Positions 26,520-38,611 of a stretch of DNA of 64,000 bases are shown here, piece after piece. Under the pieces are notes generated by a model that was given only the letters and a program-made list of their open reading frames with translations, was not told the origin of the DNA and did not search any database. Source of the stretch: Comamonas sp. Its GTDB lineage: Bacteria > Pseudomonadota > Gammaproteobacteria > Burkholderiales > Burkholderiaceae_C. How positions within the stretch are numbered: position 1 is the stretch's first letter; each line of letters starts with the position of its first letter. Position numbers and translations under genes: made by a program. Location: assembly GCF_036666375.1 (NCBI RefSeq), contig NZ_JAVWWA010000017.1:2045-66044 (forward strand), read 5' to 3'.

Positions 26520-27824
26520 CTACGTTTTTCCGGCTTCCTCGTCCCATTTCCTCAGCAGCGCCAGCTTCTCGCCAATCTTGCTTTCCAGGCCGCGCGGCAC
26601 GGGCCGGTACCAGCCGGGCTCGGCCAGGCCGTCGGGCAGATAGGTTTCACCGGCCGCATAGGCATTGGGCTCGTCGTGCGCATAGCGGTATTCGTGGCCG
26701 TAACCCAGCTCCTTCATCAGCTTGGTGGGCGCGTTGCGCAGATGCACCGGCACTTCGCGGCTCTTGTCCTGCTTCACGAAGGCCTTGGCCTGGTTGTAGG
26801 CGTTGTAGCCCGCATTGCTCTTGGCCGCGATCGCCAGATAGATCACCGCCTGGCCCAGCGCCAGCTCGCCTTCGGGGCTGCCCAGCCGCTCGTAGGTCAG
26901 CGCGGCATCATTGGCGATCTGCATGGCGCGCGGGTCGGCCAGGCCTATGTCTTCCCAGGCCATGCGCACGATGCGCCGCGACAGATAGCGCGCATCGGCG
27001 CCACCGTCGAGCATGCGCGTGAGCCAGTAGAGCGCGGCGTCGGGGTGCGAACCGCGCACCGACTTGTGCAGCGCCGAAATCTGGTCGTAGAAGTTGTCGC
27101 CGCCCTTGTCGAAACGCCGCGCGTTCAGCGTCAAGGCGTTTTCGAGAAACTCCGCCGTGATGCGCGTGATGCCCGAGGTGCGGGCCGCGGTGCTGGTCTG
27201 CTCGAGCAGGTTCAGAAAGCGGCGCGCGTCGCCATCGGCATAGCCGATGAGGGTATCCGTTGCCGGTTCGTCGAATGACAGCTCGCCCAGCGCCTTTTCC
27301 TGCGTGCGCTGCAGCAGCAGCTTGAGTTCGTCGTCGGTCAGCGACTTGAGCACATAGACCTGGGCGCGCGACAGCAGCGCCGAGTTGACTTCGAACGACG
27401 GGTTCTCGGTGGTTGCGCCTATGAACGTCACCAGGCCGCTTTCGGCATAGGGCAGCAGCGCATCCTGCTGGGACTTGTTGAAGCGGTGGATTTCGTCGAC
27501 GAACAGGATGGTGTGCTTGCCCATGGCCAGGTTCTGCTGGGCCTGCTCCATCGCCGCGCGTATGTCCTTGACGCCCGAGAACACCGCAGACAGCGCGATG
27601 AACTCGCACTTGAAAGCGGTCGCCGTGAGGCGTGCCAGCGTGGTCTTTCCGACCCCCGGCGGCCCCCAGAAAATCATCGAATGCGGCTTGCCCGACTGAA
27701 AAGCCAGGCGCAGCGGCTTGCCTTCGCCCAGCAGGTGCGACTGGCCGACGACGTCGTCCAGCGTCCTGGGCCTGAGGGCTTCGGCCAGCGGCGCCACCGG
27801 ATCCTGCGTGAAAAGGTCAGGCAT
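26520..27824 (-). CDS. rarA: Replication-associated recombination protein A
   Basis: [57 protein letters not shown]. Confidence 0.96.
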   Translation of the reverse strand: MPDLFTQDPVAPLAEALRPRTLDDVVGQSHLLGEGKPLRLAFQSGKPHSMIFWGPPGVGKTTLARLTATAFKCEFIALSAVFSGVKDIRAAMEQAQQNLAMGKHTILFVDEIHRFNKSQQDALLPYAESGLVTFIGATTENPSFEVNSALLSRAQVYVLKSLTDDELKLLLQRTQEKALGELSFDEPATDTLIGYADGDARRFLNLLEQTSTAARTSGITRITAEFLENALTLNARRFDKGGDNFYDQISALHKSVRGSHPDAALYWLTRMLDGGADARYLSRRIVRMAWEDIGLADPRAMQIANDAALTYERLGSPEGELALGQAVIYLAIAAKSNAGYNAYNQAKAFVKQDKSREVPVHLRNAPTKLMKELGYGHEYRYAHDEPNAYAAGETYLPDGLAEPGWYRPVPRGLESKIGEKLALLRKWDEEAGKT

Positions 27825-28085
27825 GGCTTGCCTCCAGGTGCAGGGCCGCAGGTAAGTAGCAGTGAAGATAAATATGCATGGCAGTAATGGAACGCAGCAG
27901 CGAAGCTGTGCCACCAAGCTTAGCCGCTTGCCGGCGTGCAGGCACGCAGCGCAGACAATAGGCCCGGTCAAACCTGGGCCCGCCGACAGGCCATGCCGCC
28001 CTTGTCCTACCAACCAGTGGGCGCCCACTTAGAATCCAACCCTTTTCGTGCACCGGCAGACAGCATCCGGAACAAATTCCTTCTT

Positions 28086-29396
28086 ATGCAGACCCTACAG
28101 ACGCGCGACCTGATCGCGCTTGGCTTCCTGACCTTTGCGCTCTTCCTGGGGGCTGGCAACATCATTTTCCCGCCCATGGTGGGCCTGGCCGCGGGTGAGC
28201 ACCTGTGGAGCGCGGCGCTGGGGTTTCTGCTCACGGGCGTGGGCCTGCCACTGCTGACCGTGGTCGCGCTGGCGCGCGTGGGCGGCGGCATGGATGCGAT
28301 CACCGCACCGCTGGGCCGCGTCGGCGGCACGCTGCTCGGGGTTGCAGTCTATCTGACCATAGGCCCGTTGTTCGCCACGCCGCGCACCGCCACCGTTTCG
28401 TTTGAAATGGGCCTGGCGCCATTCGTGGGCCATGGCGCCGGCGCGCTGCTCGGCTACACCTGCGGCTATTTCGCGCTGGTCATGCTGCTGGCGCTGTTTC
28501 CCGGCAAGCTGATGGACAACGTCGGCAAGATCATCACCCCGGTGCTGATCCTGGCGCTGGCCGTGCTTGGCGGTGCGGCGTTTCTGCTGCCCGCGGGAAG
28601 CATGCTTCCCAGTACAGGCGACTACCAGCAGGCCGCGCTGGCCGAAGGCTTCACCCAGGGCTACCAGACCATGGATGCGCTGGGTGCGCTGGTGTTCGGC
28701 ATCGTGATCGTCAACGCCATCAAGGACACGGGCGTGACCGATGCGCGCCTGCAGACGCGCTACGCAATCATCGCGGGCATGATCGCAGCCCTGGGGCTGT
28801 GCCTGGTCTACATCTCGCTGATGCACCTGGGCGCGCACAGCGGCTCCATGGTTCCCGATGCCAGCAGCGGCGTGCAGATCCTGACGGCATACGTGCAGCA
28901 CACTTTCGGCACGGCCGGCATGGTGCTGCTCGCGGCGGTGATCATTCTGGCCTGCCTGACCACGGGCGTGGGCCTGGTCAGCGCCTGCGCCACCTATTTC
29001 AGCGACCTGGTCCCGGGCTCGTCCTATCGCGGCATGGTGGTCGCGCTGAGCCTGGTGAGCCTGCTGCTTGCCAACCAGGGACTGGAGAAGTTGATCACGG
29101 TCGCGGTACCGGTGCTGGTGGCGATCTACCCCATGGCGATCGCACTGGTCTGCCTGAGCCTGCTGTCAGGCATGTGGAAGTCGGCGCCGCGCGTGTTCGT
29201 GCCGGTGATGCTGGTCGCGCTGGTGTTTGGCCTGCTCAACGCCTTGCAGGCCATAGGCATGAGCGGCTGGACGCCGCAATGGCTGGAACAATTGCCGGGC
29301 ACCGCGATGGGCCTGGGCTGGCTGCTGCCCGTGGCCGCCACACTGATGGCCTGCGCGCTGATGGACAGGCTGCAGCCGGTGCGCGCGCGCGCCTGA
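28086..29396 (+). CDS. brnQ: Branched-chain amino acid:cation symporter (LIVCS family)
   Basis: FALFLGAGNIIFPP, GPLFATPRTATVSFE, GYQTMDALGALVFG, LACLTT. Confidence 0.93.
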   Translation: MQTLQTRDLIALGFLTFALFLGAGNIIFPPMVGLAAGEHLWSAALGFLLTGVGLPLLTVVALARVGGGMDAITAPLGRVGGTLLGVAVYLTIGPLFATPRTATVSFEMGLAPFVGHGAGALLGYTCGYFALVMLLALFPGKLMDNVGKIITPVLILALAVLGGAAFLLPAGSMLPSTGDYQQAALAEGFTQGYQTMDALGALVFGIVIVNAIKDTGVTDARLQTRYAIIAGMIAALGLCLVYISLMHLGAHSGSMVPDASSGVQILTAYVQHTFGTAGMVLLAAVIILACLTTGVGLVSACATYFSDLVPGSSYRGMVVALSLVSLLLANQGLEKLITVAVPVLVAIYPMAIALVCLSLLSGMWKSAPRVFVPVMLVALVFGLLNALQAIGMSGWTPQWLEQLPGTAMGLGWLLPVAATLMACALMDRLQPVRARA

Positions 29397-29403
29397 GAAC
29401 GGT

Positions 29404-30036
29404 TTAAGGCGCGAGCACGTCAGCGCCCTTGGGCGCGACGAACTTGAAGGTTTCCGCGGGCAGGCTGGCGCTGGTCTGCACGCCCGTGAAGCGCATCAGC
29501 GAGCGCTGGCCGAAGCTGTCGAGCATGTCGACGGCCGCAAGCTTGTCGCCCGCAAAGCCCACGCGCACGCTCTTGAGCTGGCCGTCCTTGGCCTTGGGCA
29601 AGGCCTCCACCCATTGCAGGCCGTCCTGGTCGGGCGCGGCCTTGAGGTCGAAATCGGCACGCAATGCCTGGACGCTGGCCGCCGAGGCGAGAATGGCCGC
29701 GGGCGTGGCGTCGAGCACCTTGGCCTGGGCGCGCTGCGTGACCTGATTCAGGTCGGCGTCGTACATCCACAGCGTCTTGCCGTCGGCGACGATCACCTGC
29801 TCGAACGGCTTGCGGTATTCGAACTTGAAACGGCCTGGCCGCTGGAACGAGAACTGGCCGCTCGAAGTCTTGCTGCGCGCCGCCTGGCCGTCCTTGGCCG
29901 GTGCCGTCACGGTCTGCGTGAAGTCGGCCTTGCCCGCCTGCGCGCCCTGCATGAACGCCTCGAGGCTTTGCAGGCCGTCGGCCTGGGCCAGGCCGGCTGC
30001 GGCCACCAACAAGATACTGGTCACAAATCGCTTCAT
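29404..30036 (-). CDS. lolA: Outer-membrane lipoprotein chaperone
   Basis: Signal peptide, ADFTQ, FQRPGRFKFEY, YDADLNQVT; downstream of ftsK. Confidence 0.93.
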   Translation of the reverse strand: MKRFVTSILLVAAAGLAQADGLQSLEAFMQGAQAGKADFTQTVTAPAKDGQAARSKTSSGQFSFQRPGRFKFEYRKPFEQVIVADGKTLWMYDADLNQVTQRAQAKVLDATPAAILASAASVQALRADFDLKAAPDQDGLQWVEALPKAKDGQLKSVRVGFAGDKLAAVDMLDSFGQRSLMRFTGVQTSASLPAETFKFVAPKGADVLAP

Positions 30037-30063
30037 ACACTCTCCATCCTATGGCGCAAGCAC

Positions 30064-32388
30064 CTATTCATTGCGCGCCGGCACCAGCACCTCGCGCTGT
30101 CCGCTGGTCGTGAGCGAACTCACCAGACCGGCTTTTTCCATGTCTTCCAGCAGGCGCGCCGAGCGGTTGTAGCCTATGCGCAGCTTGCGCTGCACGTACG
30201 AGATGCTGGCCTTGCGGTCCTTGAGGACCACTTCGACAGCTTGGTCATACATGGGGTCTTTTTCGCCGTTTCCATCCCCATCGCCACCGATTTCGCCATC
30301 GCCATCGACGACGCCGCCTTCGAGCACGCCTTCGATATAGTCGGGCTCGCCCTGTTCCTTGAGGTAGTTGACGACGCGGTGCACTTCCTCATCGCTGACG
30401 AAAGCGCCGTGCACGCGTATCGGCAGGCCGGTGCCGCTGGCCATGTAGAGCATGTCGCCCATGCCCAGCAGCGCTTCGGCGCCCATCTGGTCGAGCACGG
30501 TGCGGCTGTCGATCTTGCTGCTGACCTGGAAGGCAATGCGGGTCGGGATGTTGGCCTTGATCAGGCCGGTGATCACGTCCACGCTGGGGCGCTGGGTGGC
30601 GAGAATCAGGTGGATGCCCGCGGCGCGCGCCTTCTGCGCCAGGCGCGCGATCAGCTCCTCGATCTTCTTGCCGACCACCATCATCAGGTCGGCAAGCTCA
30701 TCGATCACGATCACGATGTGCGGCAGGCGGTCCAGCGGCTCGGGCGACTCGGGCGTGAGGCTGAACGGGTTGTAGATGAAGCTTTCCTTGGCTCTGGCTT
30801 CGTCGATTTTTGCGTTGTAGCCCGCAAGATTGCGCACGCCCAGCTTGCTCATCAGCTTGTAGCGGCGCTCCATTTCGGCCACGCACCAGGTCAGGCCGTT
30901 GGCCGCCTGCTTCATGTCGGTGACCACGGGGCACAGCAGGTGCGGAATGCCTTCGTAGACCGACATTTCGAGCATCTTGGGGTCTATCATCAGCAGGCGC
31001 ACGTCGCGCGCCTCGGCCTTGTAGAGCAGCGACAGGATCATGGCGTTGATCCCCACCGACTTGCCCGAACCGGTGGTGCCCGCGACCAGCACATGCGGCA
31101 TCTTGGCCAGGTCGGCGACCACGGGATTGCCGACGATGTCCTTGCCCAGGCCCATGGTCAGCATGCTCTTGGCATCGTGGTAGACCTTGGAGCCCAGCAC
31201 TTCGGACAGGCGTATCGACTGGCGCTTGGCGTTGGGCAGCTCCAGCGCCATGTAGTTCTTGCCGGGAATGGTTTCGACCACGCGCACCGAGACCAGCGAC
31301 AGCGAGCGCGCGAGGTCCTTGCCCAGGCCGACGACCTGCGAGCCCTTGACGCCGGTCGCCGGCTCGATTTCGTAGCGCGTGATCACCGGGCCGGGCATGG
31401 CCGCGACCACGCGCACCTCGACGCCGAAATCCTTGAGCTTCTTCTCTATCATGCGGCTGGTCATTTCCAGCGTATCTGCCGAGACCGTTTCCTGGCGCTG
31501 CTGCGCCGCGTCGAGCAGTTCGACCTGGGGCAGCTTGGTGTCGGGCAGCTCGTGGAACAGCGGCTTTTGCTTTTCCTTGATCACGCGCTCGCTGGGCGCG
31601 GCCGCGGCCTCCATGACCGGCTCGATGATCTGCACCGGCAGCGGATGGCTCTCGACGCTTTCGGTGCGCTCTTCCTGCACATCGACCTGGCGCGCACGCG
31701 CGGCCTTGCGGCCCACGGCGACGTCCTTGGCCTTCTCATGCTGGGCGCGGCTCACGCGCACCATGGAATAGATGCGCTTGCCCATGCGCTCGGCGAGCTG
31801 GCCCCAGGAAAAGCCGAACACCAGCGCCGTGCCCAGCACCAGCAGCACGATGCCGGCCAGGCCCGAGCCGGTGAAGCCCAGCCATTGCATGCCGTGCAAG
31901 CCGAACACATAGCCGACGACGCCGCCCGCGTGCCCGGGCAGCAGCGATTCGAAACGGTACATGCGCGACCATTCCAGCGAAGTGCTGGCCATCATCAGCA
32001 GCGCCAGCCCGCCCCAGAAGCGCAGGCGGCGCAGCCACAGCGGGTCGGCCGGCGCGACGCCGCCGCGCGTCCAGCGCAGCAGCGAGCCCAGCCAATTGCT
32101 CACGGCGGCCAGCACCAGCCACCAGACCGAGAAGCCGAAGCCGAAATAGCAGGTGTCGGCGAGCCAGGCGCCCGAGCGCCCGAACCAGTTGTGCACCCAG
32201 CCCCCTTCGAGCGCGCCCGAGGTCGACCATGCCGGGTCCTGCGGCGAATAGCTCAGCAGCGACAGCAGCAGGAACACCAGCGCCAGCAGCCCCACGATGA
32301 GGCTGACTTCATGGCCGAAGCGGGCCAGGCCGGTGCGGGTGGATGATTTCCCTGAGGAACCGTTCAGGGCATTCAATGTGTAAGTCAT
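30064..32388 (-). CDS. ftsK: DNA translocase FtsK
   Basis: N-terminal 4TM region, [40 protein letters not shown], gamma domain [13 protein letters not shown]. Confidence 0.97.
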   Translation of the reverse strand: MTYTLNALNGSSGKSSTRTGLARFGHEVSLIVGLLALVFLLLSLLSYSPQDPAWSTSGALEGGWVHNWFGRSGAWLADTCYFGFGFSVWWLVLAAVSNWLGSLLRWTRGGVAPADPLWLRRLRFWGGLALLMMASTSLEWSRMYRFESLLPGHAGGVVGYVFGLHGMQWLGFTGSGLAGIVLLVLGTALVFGFSWGQLAERMGKRIYSMVRVSRAQHEKAKDVAVGRKAARARQVDVQEERTESVESHPLPVQIIEPVMEAAAAPSERVIKEKQKPLFHELPDTKLPQVELLDAAQQRQETVSADTLEMTSRMIEKKLKDFGVEVRVVAAMPGPVITRYEIEPATGVKGSQVVGLGKDLARSLSLVSVRVVETIPGKNYMALELPNAKRQSIRLSEVLGSKVYHDAKSMLTMGLGKDIVGNPVVADLAKMPHVLVAGTTGSGKSVGINAMILSLLYKAEARDVRLLMIDPKMLEMSVYEGIPHLLCPVVTDMKQAANGLTWCVAEMERRYKLMSKLGVRNLAGYNAKIDEARAKESFIYNPFSLTPESPEPLDRLPHIVIVIDELADLMMVVGKKIEELIARLAQKARAAGIHLILATQRPSVDVITGLIKANIPTRIAFQVSSKIDSRTVLDQMGAEALLGMGDMLYMASGTGLPIRVHGAFVSDEEVHRVVNYLKEQGEPDYIEGVLEGGVVDGDGEIGGDGDGNGEKDPMYDQAVEVVLKDRKASISYVQRKLRIGYNRSARLLEDMEKAGLVSSLTTSGQREVLVPARNE

Positions 32389-32515
32389 ACGCAAGCGGGA
32401 GCTTACCCCACCGCCCGCCCGCGCACAGGACTTGCCGTGTGGGAGAACGCAGACACTTGCAACAAGACGTTCAAATTTCAAGCATTTGATGATTTTTTAC
32501 AATGCCGGTGATTGA

Positions 32516-33562
<1,047 letters not shown>

Positions 33563-33774
33563 GGTCTTTCGCTGGCACGCGCCAAGGCGCGGCGCCTATA
33601 ATCGCAGGCTTTGCTGAATTTGAGCATGCCCCACAGGGGGCGTGCAAGGCTTGCCACAGGTTCAGCGACGGGTTACCGCCACCCGAATTCTGGCGAGGTG
33701 AGGCCATGGACACGACCTGCGCAACTGTGCAGGGCTCGGTGACCACGGCTGTAAAAAACTATCGGAGTGTCCTC

Positions 33775-34008
33775 ATGGCACGCGTATGTGATGTAACGGG
33801 CAAGAAGCCCATGGTGGGAAACAATGTTTCCCACGCCAACAACAAGACCAAGCGTCGTTTCCTGCCTAACCTGCAGTACCGTCGTTTCTGGGTGGAAACC
33901 GAGAACCGTTGGGTGCGCCTGCGCGTTTCCAGCGCTGCTCTGCGCCTGATCGACAAGAACGGTATCGACGCCGTGCTCGCAGACCTGCGTGCCCGTGGCC
34001 AAGCCTAA
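33775..34008 (+). CDS. rpmB: 50S ribosomal protein L28
   Basis: [32 protein letters not shown]. Confidence 0.98.
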   Translation: MARVCDVTGKKPMVGNNVSHANNKTKRRFLPNLQYRRFWVETENRWVRLRVSSAALRLIDKNGIDAVLADLRARGQA

Positions 34009-34028
34009 TTCCCTGAAGGAGAAATACC

Positions 34029-34199
34029 ATGGCATCTAAAGGCGGACGCGACAAGATCAAGCTGGAATCCACTGCGGGTACCGGTCACTTCTACACCACT
34101 ACCAAGAACAAGAAGACAATGCCTGAAAAGATGTTGATCATGAAGTTCGATCCCAAGGCTCGCAAGCATGTCGAGTACAAGGAAATGAAGCTCAAGTAA
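34029..34199 (+). CDS. rpmG: 50S ribosomal protein L33 (56 aa, absent from the ORF track)
   Basis: Read by hand: [65 protein letters not shown]. Confidence 0.97.
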   Translation: MASKGGRDKIKLESTAGTGHFYTTTKNKKTMPEKMLIMKFDPKARKHVEYKEMKLK

Positions 34200-34250
34200 G
34201 CGCTTCCCGAGAGTGGCCGCGGCTCAGGCTGCACGCTCTCAAGCTTCTTG

Positions 34251-34277
34251 AAAAAGGACACTTCGGTGTCCTTTTTT
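34251..34277 (+). terminator. Terminator after rpmBG
   Basis: AAAAAGGACAC-TTCG-GTGTCCTTTTTT. Confidence 0.88.
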
Positions 34278-34439
34278 CGTTGGCGCACATACTGCATTGC
34301 ACTCCCCGGCAACTAGGGCACACCCTCCTGTGCTCCGTATTGCAGCCCCATCCAAGTGAGCGCACACTATCGATGATCGGCAGACACAGCTGTGAATGGG
34401 AGGTCATTCGGCTGCTGCAGACCGCCCCGTGGAGCGCAA

Positions 34440-35615
34440 ATGAAACGCTACATCATTCTGAAATACGTCTATCAGCGCCGCATCAGCAAACGTGAACTCG
34501 ACACCGGCATACTCTCGCTGGAAAGCGCTCTGCCCGCGGTGTCCACCGAACACCTGCCCGAACATGCGGTCAGTGAGCTCAAGAACGATCCCCAGGTGCA
34601 ATTGGTGGTGCCCACCATGCCCACGCGGCTCATCAGCCCGGTCGAGTTGAAGCCCGTGCTGCCGCGCACGGCGCTGGCCAGCAACTGGGGCATACGGGCG
34701 GTGCGTGCCGACAAGAGCCGCTACGACGGCGCCGGCGTGAGCATTGCCGTGCTCGATACCGGCATAGACCGCGACCATCCCGCGTTTGCCGGCATGACGC
34801 TGGTCGAGAAGGACTTCAGCGACCACGGCAATGGCGACCGCAACGGCCATGGAACGCATTGCGCGGGCACCATCTTCGGGCGCAACGACGGCCAGCAGCG
34901 CGTGGGCGTGGCGCGCGGTGTGGAGCGCGCGCTGATAGGCAAGGTGCTGGGCGACGATGGCGCGGGCCAGTCCGAAATGGTGTTCCACGCGCTCACCTGG
35001 GCGATGGAGCAGCAGGCCGACATCATCTCGATGTCGCTGGGCTTTGACTTTCCCGGAATGGTCTCGCGCCTCATGGCCGACGGCTGGCCGCTGGACCTGG
35101 CGACATCCACGGCGCTCGAAGCCTATGGCGGCAATCTGCGCATGTTCGATGCCATCATGGCCGTGCTCAAGGCCCAGGCGGCGTTTGGCGTCGCCCCGCT
35201 GGTGATTGCCGCGGCCGGCAACGAAAGCCGGCGCGCGCTCAAGCGCGAATACCGCATCGCGACCTCGCTGCCGGCCTCGGCGGACGATGTGATCTCGGTG
35301 GCGGCCGTCGGGCGCACCGACGGCAAGTTCATGGTCGCGGATTTCTCCAACATCCAGGCGCGGCTGTCGGCGCCCGGTGTCGACATCACCTCGGCCTGGC
35401 CCGGAGGCGGACTGCGCACCATCAGCGGCACCAGCATGGCCTGCCCGCATGTGGCCGGCGTTGCCGCGCTGTGGTGGCAGTTCCTGCGCCAGGCGGACAT
35501 CAAGCCCACGGCACGCAATGTCTCGGCACGGCTGATATCGAATGCGCGCAAGAACGTGTTTGTCGCCAACACCGATGAATCCGATGTGGGTCAGGGCCTG
35601 GTCACGGCGCCGTAG
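34440..35615 (+). CDS. S8 subtilisin-like serine peptidase with no signal peptide
   Basis: Triad motifs VLDTGID, HGTHCAGT, SGTSMACPHVAG; oxyanion AAAGN; GGAG RBS. Confidence 0.93.
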   Translation: MKRYIILKYVYQRRISKRELDTGILSLESALPAVSTEHLPEHAVSELKNDPQVQLVVPTMPTRLISPVELKPVLPRTALASNWGIRAVRADKSRYDGAGVSIAVLDTGIDRDHPAFAGMTLVEKDFSDHGNGDRNGHGTHCAGTIFGRNDGQQRVGVARGVERALIGKVLGDDGAGQSEMVFHALTWAMEQQADIISMSLGFDFPGMVSRLMADGWPLDLATSTALEAYGGNLRMFDAIMAVLKAQAAFGVAPLVIAAAGNESRRALKREYRIATSLPASADDVISVAAVGRTDGKFMVADFSNIQARLSAPGVDITSAWPGGGLRTISGTSMACPHVAGVAALWWQFLRQADIKPTARNVSARLISNARKNVFVANTDESDVGQGLVTAP

Positions 35616-36839
35616 TCAGACGCGCACCGCGCGCAGCGCGATGGAGAATTCCTGCAGCACGCGGATATTGCTGGCCTCGGCCTTGCGGCACCAGGCGCGC
35701 AGATCGGCCGTGAGCTGCTCGCGCGTGTGCGAAGTGTTGAGCCACAGCTGGCGCAGTTCCTCGCGCATGGTCAGCATCTGGTCTATGACCGGATGCGCGG
35801 CGCGCACCTGATCGATCTGCGCGCGCGCGCGCTGCGGCAGCCGCTCCTGGTCACGCACCAGGGAGCGCCGCACGGACTTGAGCAAGGAGACCTGGGCGCG
35901 GTCGGCGCGCCGCGCCTTGAGACTCTCGACTTCGACGGCACAGGCCGCGCGCAGGCCGCGCGCATAGCGCGCCATGGCTTCGTAGCGGTGGGCAATCAGG
36001 GCTTCGAGCGTGGCTTCATCGGCTTCGGCGCGCACTTCGCCTTCCTGCCAGCGCGGCGGCAGCTTCTTGACGCGCGCCCAGCCCAGGCGCTGCAGCAGCC
36101 GGATGTAGACCCAGCCGATATCGAACTCATGGCGCTTGACCGAGAACTTGGCTGCGGTCGGATAGGTATGGTGGTTGTTGTGCAGCTCTTCACCGCCGAT
36201 CAGCAGGCCCCAGGGCGAAATATTGCGGCTCGCGTCCTTGACCTCGAAGTTGCGGTAGCCCCAGTAGTGGCCTATGCCGTTGACCACGCCCGCGGCCCAG
36301 AATGGAATCCAGGCCATCTGCACGGCCCACAGCGCCAGCCCAGCGAAGCCGAACAGCAGCAGGTAGATCGCCAGCAGCAGCGCGATGCCCAGGCCCGGAA
36401 AGCGGCCGTAGACGCGGCGCTCTAGCCAGTCATCCGGCGTGCCCTGGCCATAGGTGCGCAAGGTCTGCGCATTGGTGGTTTCGCTGCGGTAGAGCTCGGC
36501 GCCGCGCCACAGCACGGTGCGCAGGCCGCGCTGCTGCGGGCTGTGCGGATCGTCGGGCGTTTCGCATTTGGCGTGGTGCTTGCGGTGTACCGCGACCCAT
36601 TCGCGCGTGACCATGCCCGTGGACAGCCACAGCCAGAAGCGGAAGATGTGTGACGGAATGGGGCCTAGCTCCAGCGCGCGATGGGTCTGACAGCGGTGCA
36701 GGAAGACCGTGACGGCGACGATGGTGAGGTGGGTGGTGGCCAGTGCGACCAGCAGCAGCTGCCACCAGGAAAGGCGCAGCAGCCCATGGCCCAGCCAGTC
36801 GAGCATCGCGCCCGAGAACGCTCCATTGAAATTCCACAT
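35616..36839 (-). CDS. Delta-9 acyl-CoA/fatty acid desaturase (DesA family) with C-terminal extension
   Basis: His boxes FLHRCQTH, HRKHH, HNNHH; the start could be 36806. Confidence 0.92.
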   Translation of the reverse strand: MWNFNGAFSGAMLDWLGHGLLRLSWWQLLLVALATTHLTIVAVTVFLHRCQTHRALELGPIPSHIFRFWLWLSTGMVTREWVAVHRKHHAKCETPDDPHSPQQRGLRTVLWRGAELYRSETTNAQTLRTYGQGTPDDWLERRVYGRFPGLGIALLLAIYLLLFGFAGLALWAVQMAWIPFWAAGVVNGIGHYWGYRNFEVKDASRNISPWGLLIGGEELHNNHHTYPTAAKFSVKRHEFDIGWVYIRLLQRLGWARVKKLPPRWQEGEVRAEADEATLEALIAHRYEAMARYARGLRAACAVEVESLKARRADRAQVSLLKSVRRSLVRDQERLPQRARAQIDQVRAAHPVIDQMLTMREELRQLWLNTSHTREQLTADLRAWCRKAEASNIRVLQEFSIALRAVRV

Positions 36840-36860
36840 GGCACGACCTTCCCAAAAAGC

Positions 36861-36885
36861 AACACCGCCTGAAAAAGCGGTGTTT
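36861..36885 (-). terminator. Probable terminator after the RsmB/NOP gene
   Basis: AACACCGC...GCGGTGTT hairpin. Confidence 0.45.
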
Positions 36886-36955
36886 CATTTTAGGGCCAGG
36901 CCCGTGGAGGATGCCTGCCAATTACCCGCACTTACAGGTCATTGGCAACAAGAGG

Positions 36956-38227
36956 CTACTTGCGCACCCAGACCGCGGCGAAGAAGCCGTCGGTTTGATG
37001 CAGATGCGGCCACATGCGCAGGTAGCGGCCACCCGACTCGCCGCCGCTGCACAGGCTGGCCGCCGCGGCCACCTTGAGCTGCTCCAGCAGTTCCGCGGCT
37101 TCGAGCGGAACAAAGTCGGGGTGGGCCGCGCTGAACGCTTCGGCGATCGCCTCGTTTTCCTCGGGCAGGATGGAGCAGGTCGCGTAGACCAGGCGTCCGC
37201 CCGACTTCACCAGACGCGCGGCGCTGTCGAGAATGGATGCCTGCTTGACGGTCAGCTCGGCAATCGCCTCTTCGGATTGGCGCCACTTGAGATCGGGATT
37301 GCGGCGCAGCGTGCCCAGGCCCGAGCAGGGCGCATCGACCAGCACGCGGTCGATCTTGCCCGACAGGCGCTTGACGCGCTCGTCGCGCTCATGCGCGATC
37401 GCCGCGGGATGCACGTTCGACAGCCCGCTGCGCGCCAGGCGCGGCTTGAGCGCTTCGAGGCGGTGGCCCGACACGTCAAACGCATACAGACGGCCCGTGC
37501 TGCGCATGCTCGCGCCTATGGCCAGCGTCTTGCCGCCCGCGCCCGCGCAGAAATCGACCACCATCTCGCCGCGCTTGGCGTCCAGCAACAGCGCCAGCAG
37601 CTGCGAGCCTTCGTCCTGGACTTCGATGGCGCCGCGCGTGAACACGTCGTAGCGCGTCAGCGCAGGCTTGCCTTCGACGCGCAGACCCCAGGGGGAGAAC
37701 GGCGTGGGCACGGAGCGTATGCCGGCCTTGAGCAGCTCTTTTTGCACATCGGCGCGCTTGTCCTTCAACGCGTTGACGCGCAGGTCGAGCGGAGCGCCCT
37801 CTTCCATGCTTTGCGCCAGCGGCCAGAAGCCGTCGCCCAGTTGGGCCTTGAGCGGCTCGACCAGCCAGGCCGGCAGGTTGTGGCGGTGCGGCTCCATCAG
37901 TTCTTCAGGCTTGACCGCGTCGCACTGGGCCAGCCAGGCGATTTCCTGGTCGTTGAGCGCGGCCTTGAGGAAGTCGCGCGGGCCGTGGTAGCCCAGGATC
38001 GCGAGGCGGCGCTCGCGCGGGCCGCTGCCCGAACGCGCAAGGCTTTCGAACAGCAGTTTCTTGCGCAGCACGGTGTAGGCCGTTTCGGCCAGGGCGGCGC
38101 GTTCGCGCTGGCCCAGTCCACGGTTTTCACGGAAAAAGCGGGACACCACGGCGTCGGCCGGGTGTTCAAATGTCAGGGTGCGCTTGACCAGTTCGGAGCA
38201 AGCATCAAGGAGGGCGTTGGGATGCAT
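36956..38227 (-). CDS. RsmB/NOP (Fmu-like) RNA cytosine-C5 methyltransferase
   Basis: VQDEGSQ, DFCAGAGGKT, VDAPCSGLG, YATCS. Confidence 0.93.
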   Translation of the reverse strand: MHPNALLDACSELVKRTLTFEHPADAVVSRFFRENRGLGQRERAALAETAYTVLRKKLLFESLARSGSGPRERRLAILGYHGPRDFLKAALNDQEIAWLAQCDAVKPEELMEPHRHNLPAWLVEPLKAQLGDGFWPLAQSMEEGAPLDLRVNALKDKRADVQKELLKAGIRSVPTPFSPWGLRVEGKPALTRYDVFTRGAIEVQDEGSQLLALLLDAKRGEMVVDFCAGAGGKTLAIGASMRSTGRLYAFDVSGHRLEALKPRLARSGLSNVHPAAIAHERDERVKRLSGKIDRVLVDAPCSGLGTLRRNPDLKWRQSEEAIAELTVKQASILDSAARLVKSGGRLVYATCSILPEENEAIAEAFSAAHPDFVPLEAAELLEQLKVAAAASLCSGGESGGRYLRMWPHLHQTDGFFAAVWVRK

Positions 38228-38293
38228 GGGAGCGATTGTCCCATTTGCGGAGTGTCCCCGGCATTCGCTGGTACTGTGCGCGTTTCAGTACGA

Positions 38294-38581
38294 ATGCCGA
38301 CAATGACCGCCACCGACTCCGACCTGCCCCCGCTCAACGCCACGCCGCCCGGCCTCTACCGCCACTACAAGGGCGGGCTCTACCAGGTGATAGACATGGT
38401 GCGCCACAGCGAAACGCTCGAAGCCATGACGCTGTACCGCGCGCTGTACGGCGCGCGCGGCCTGTGGGTGCGGCCCGCGGCGATGTTTGCCGAAAGCGTG
38501 GAAATCGACGGCCGGCGCCAGTTGCGGTTCACGCGGCTGGGCGATTACTCGCCCGAAGCCGAAAGCGCGGCGCGCGCATGA
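38294..38581 (+). CDS. DUF1653 domain protein
   Basis: GLYRHYKGGLY, HSETLE, YRALYG, WVRPAAMF; start is 38294 or 38303. Confidence 0.9.
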   Translation: MPTMTATDSDLPPLNATPPGLYRHYKGGLYQVIDMVRHSETLEAMTLYRALYGARGLWVRPAAMFAESVEIDGRRQLRFTRLGDYSPEAESAARA

Positions 38582-38611
38582 CGCTCTGAGCTTGAGGCCA
38601 GAGCGAACGCT

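Noticed and set aside
29614-32346. 910-aa plus-strand ORF (also 3285-4682, 17260-19029, 36911-38227 part, 54331-56481)
   Set aside because: Antisense to well-supported genes, with no recognisable motifs; typical of high-GC codon bias
35616-36000. Transposase fragment fused to the desaturase
   Set aside because: The helical C-terminal extension is in frame and typical of proteobacterial DesA proteins; no IS ends or DDE motif
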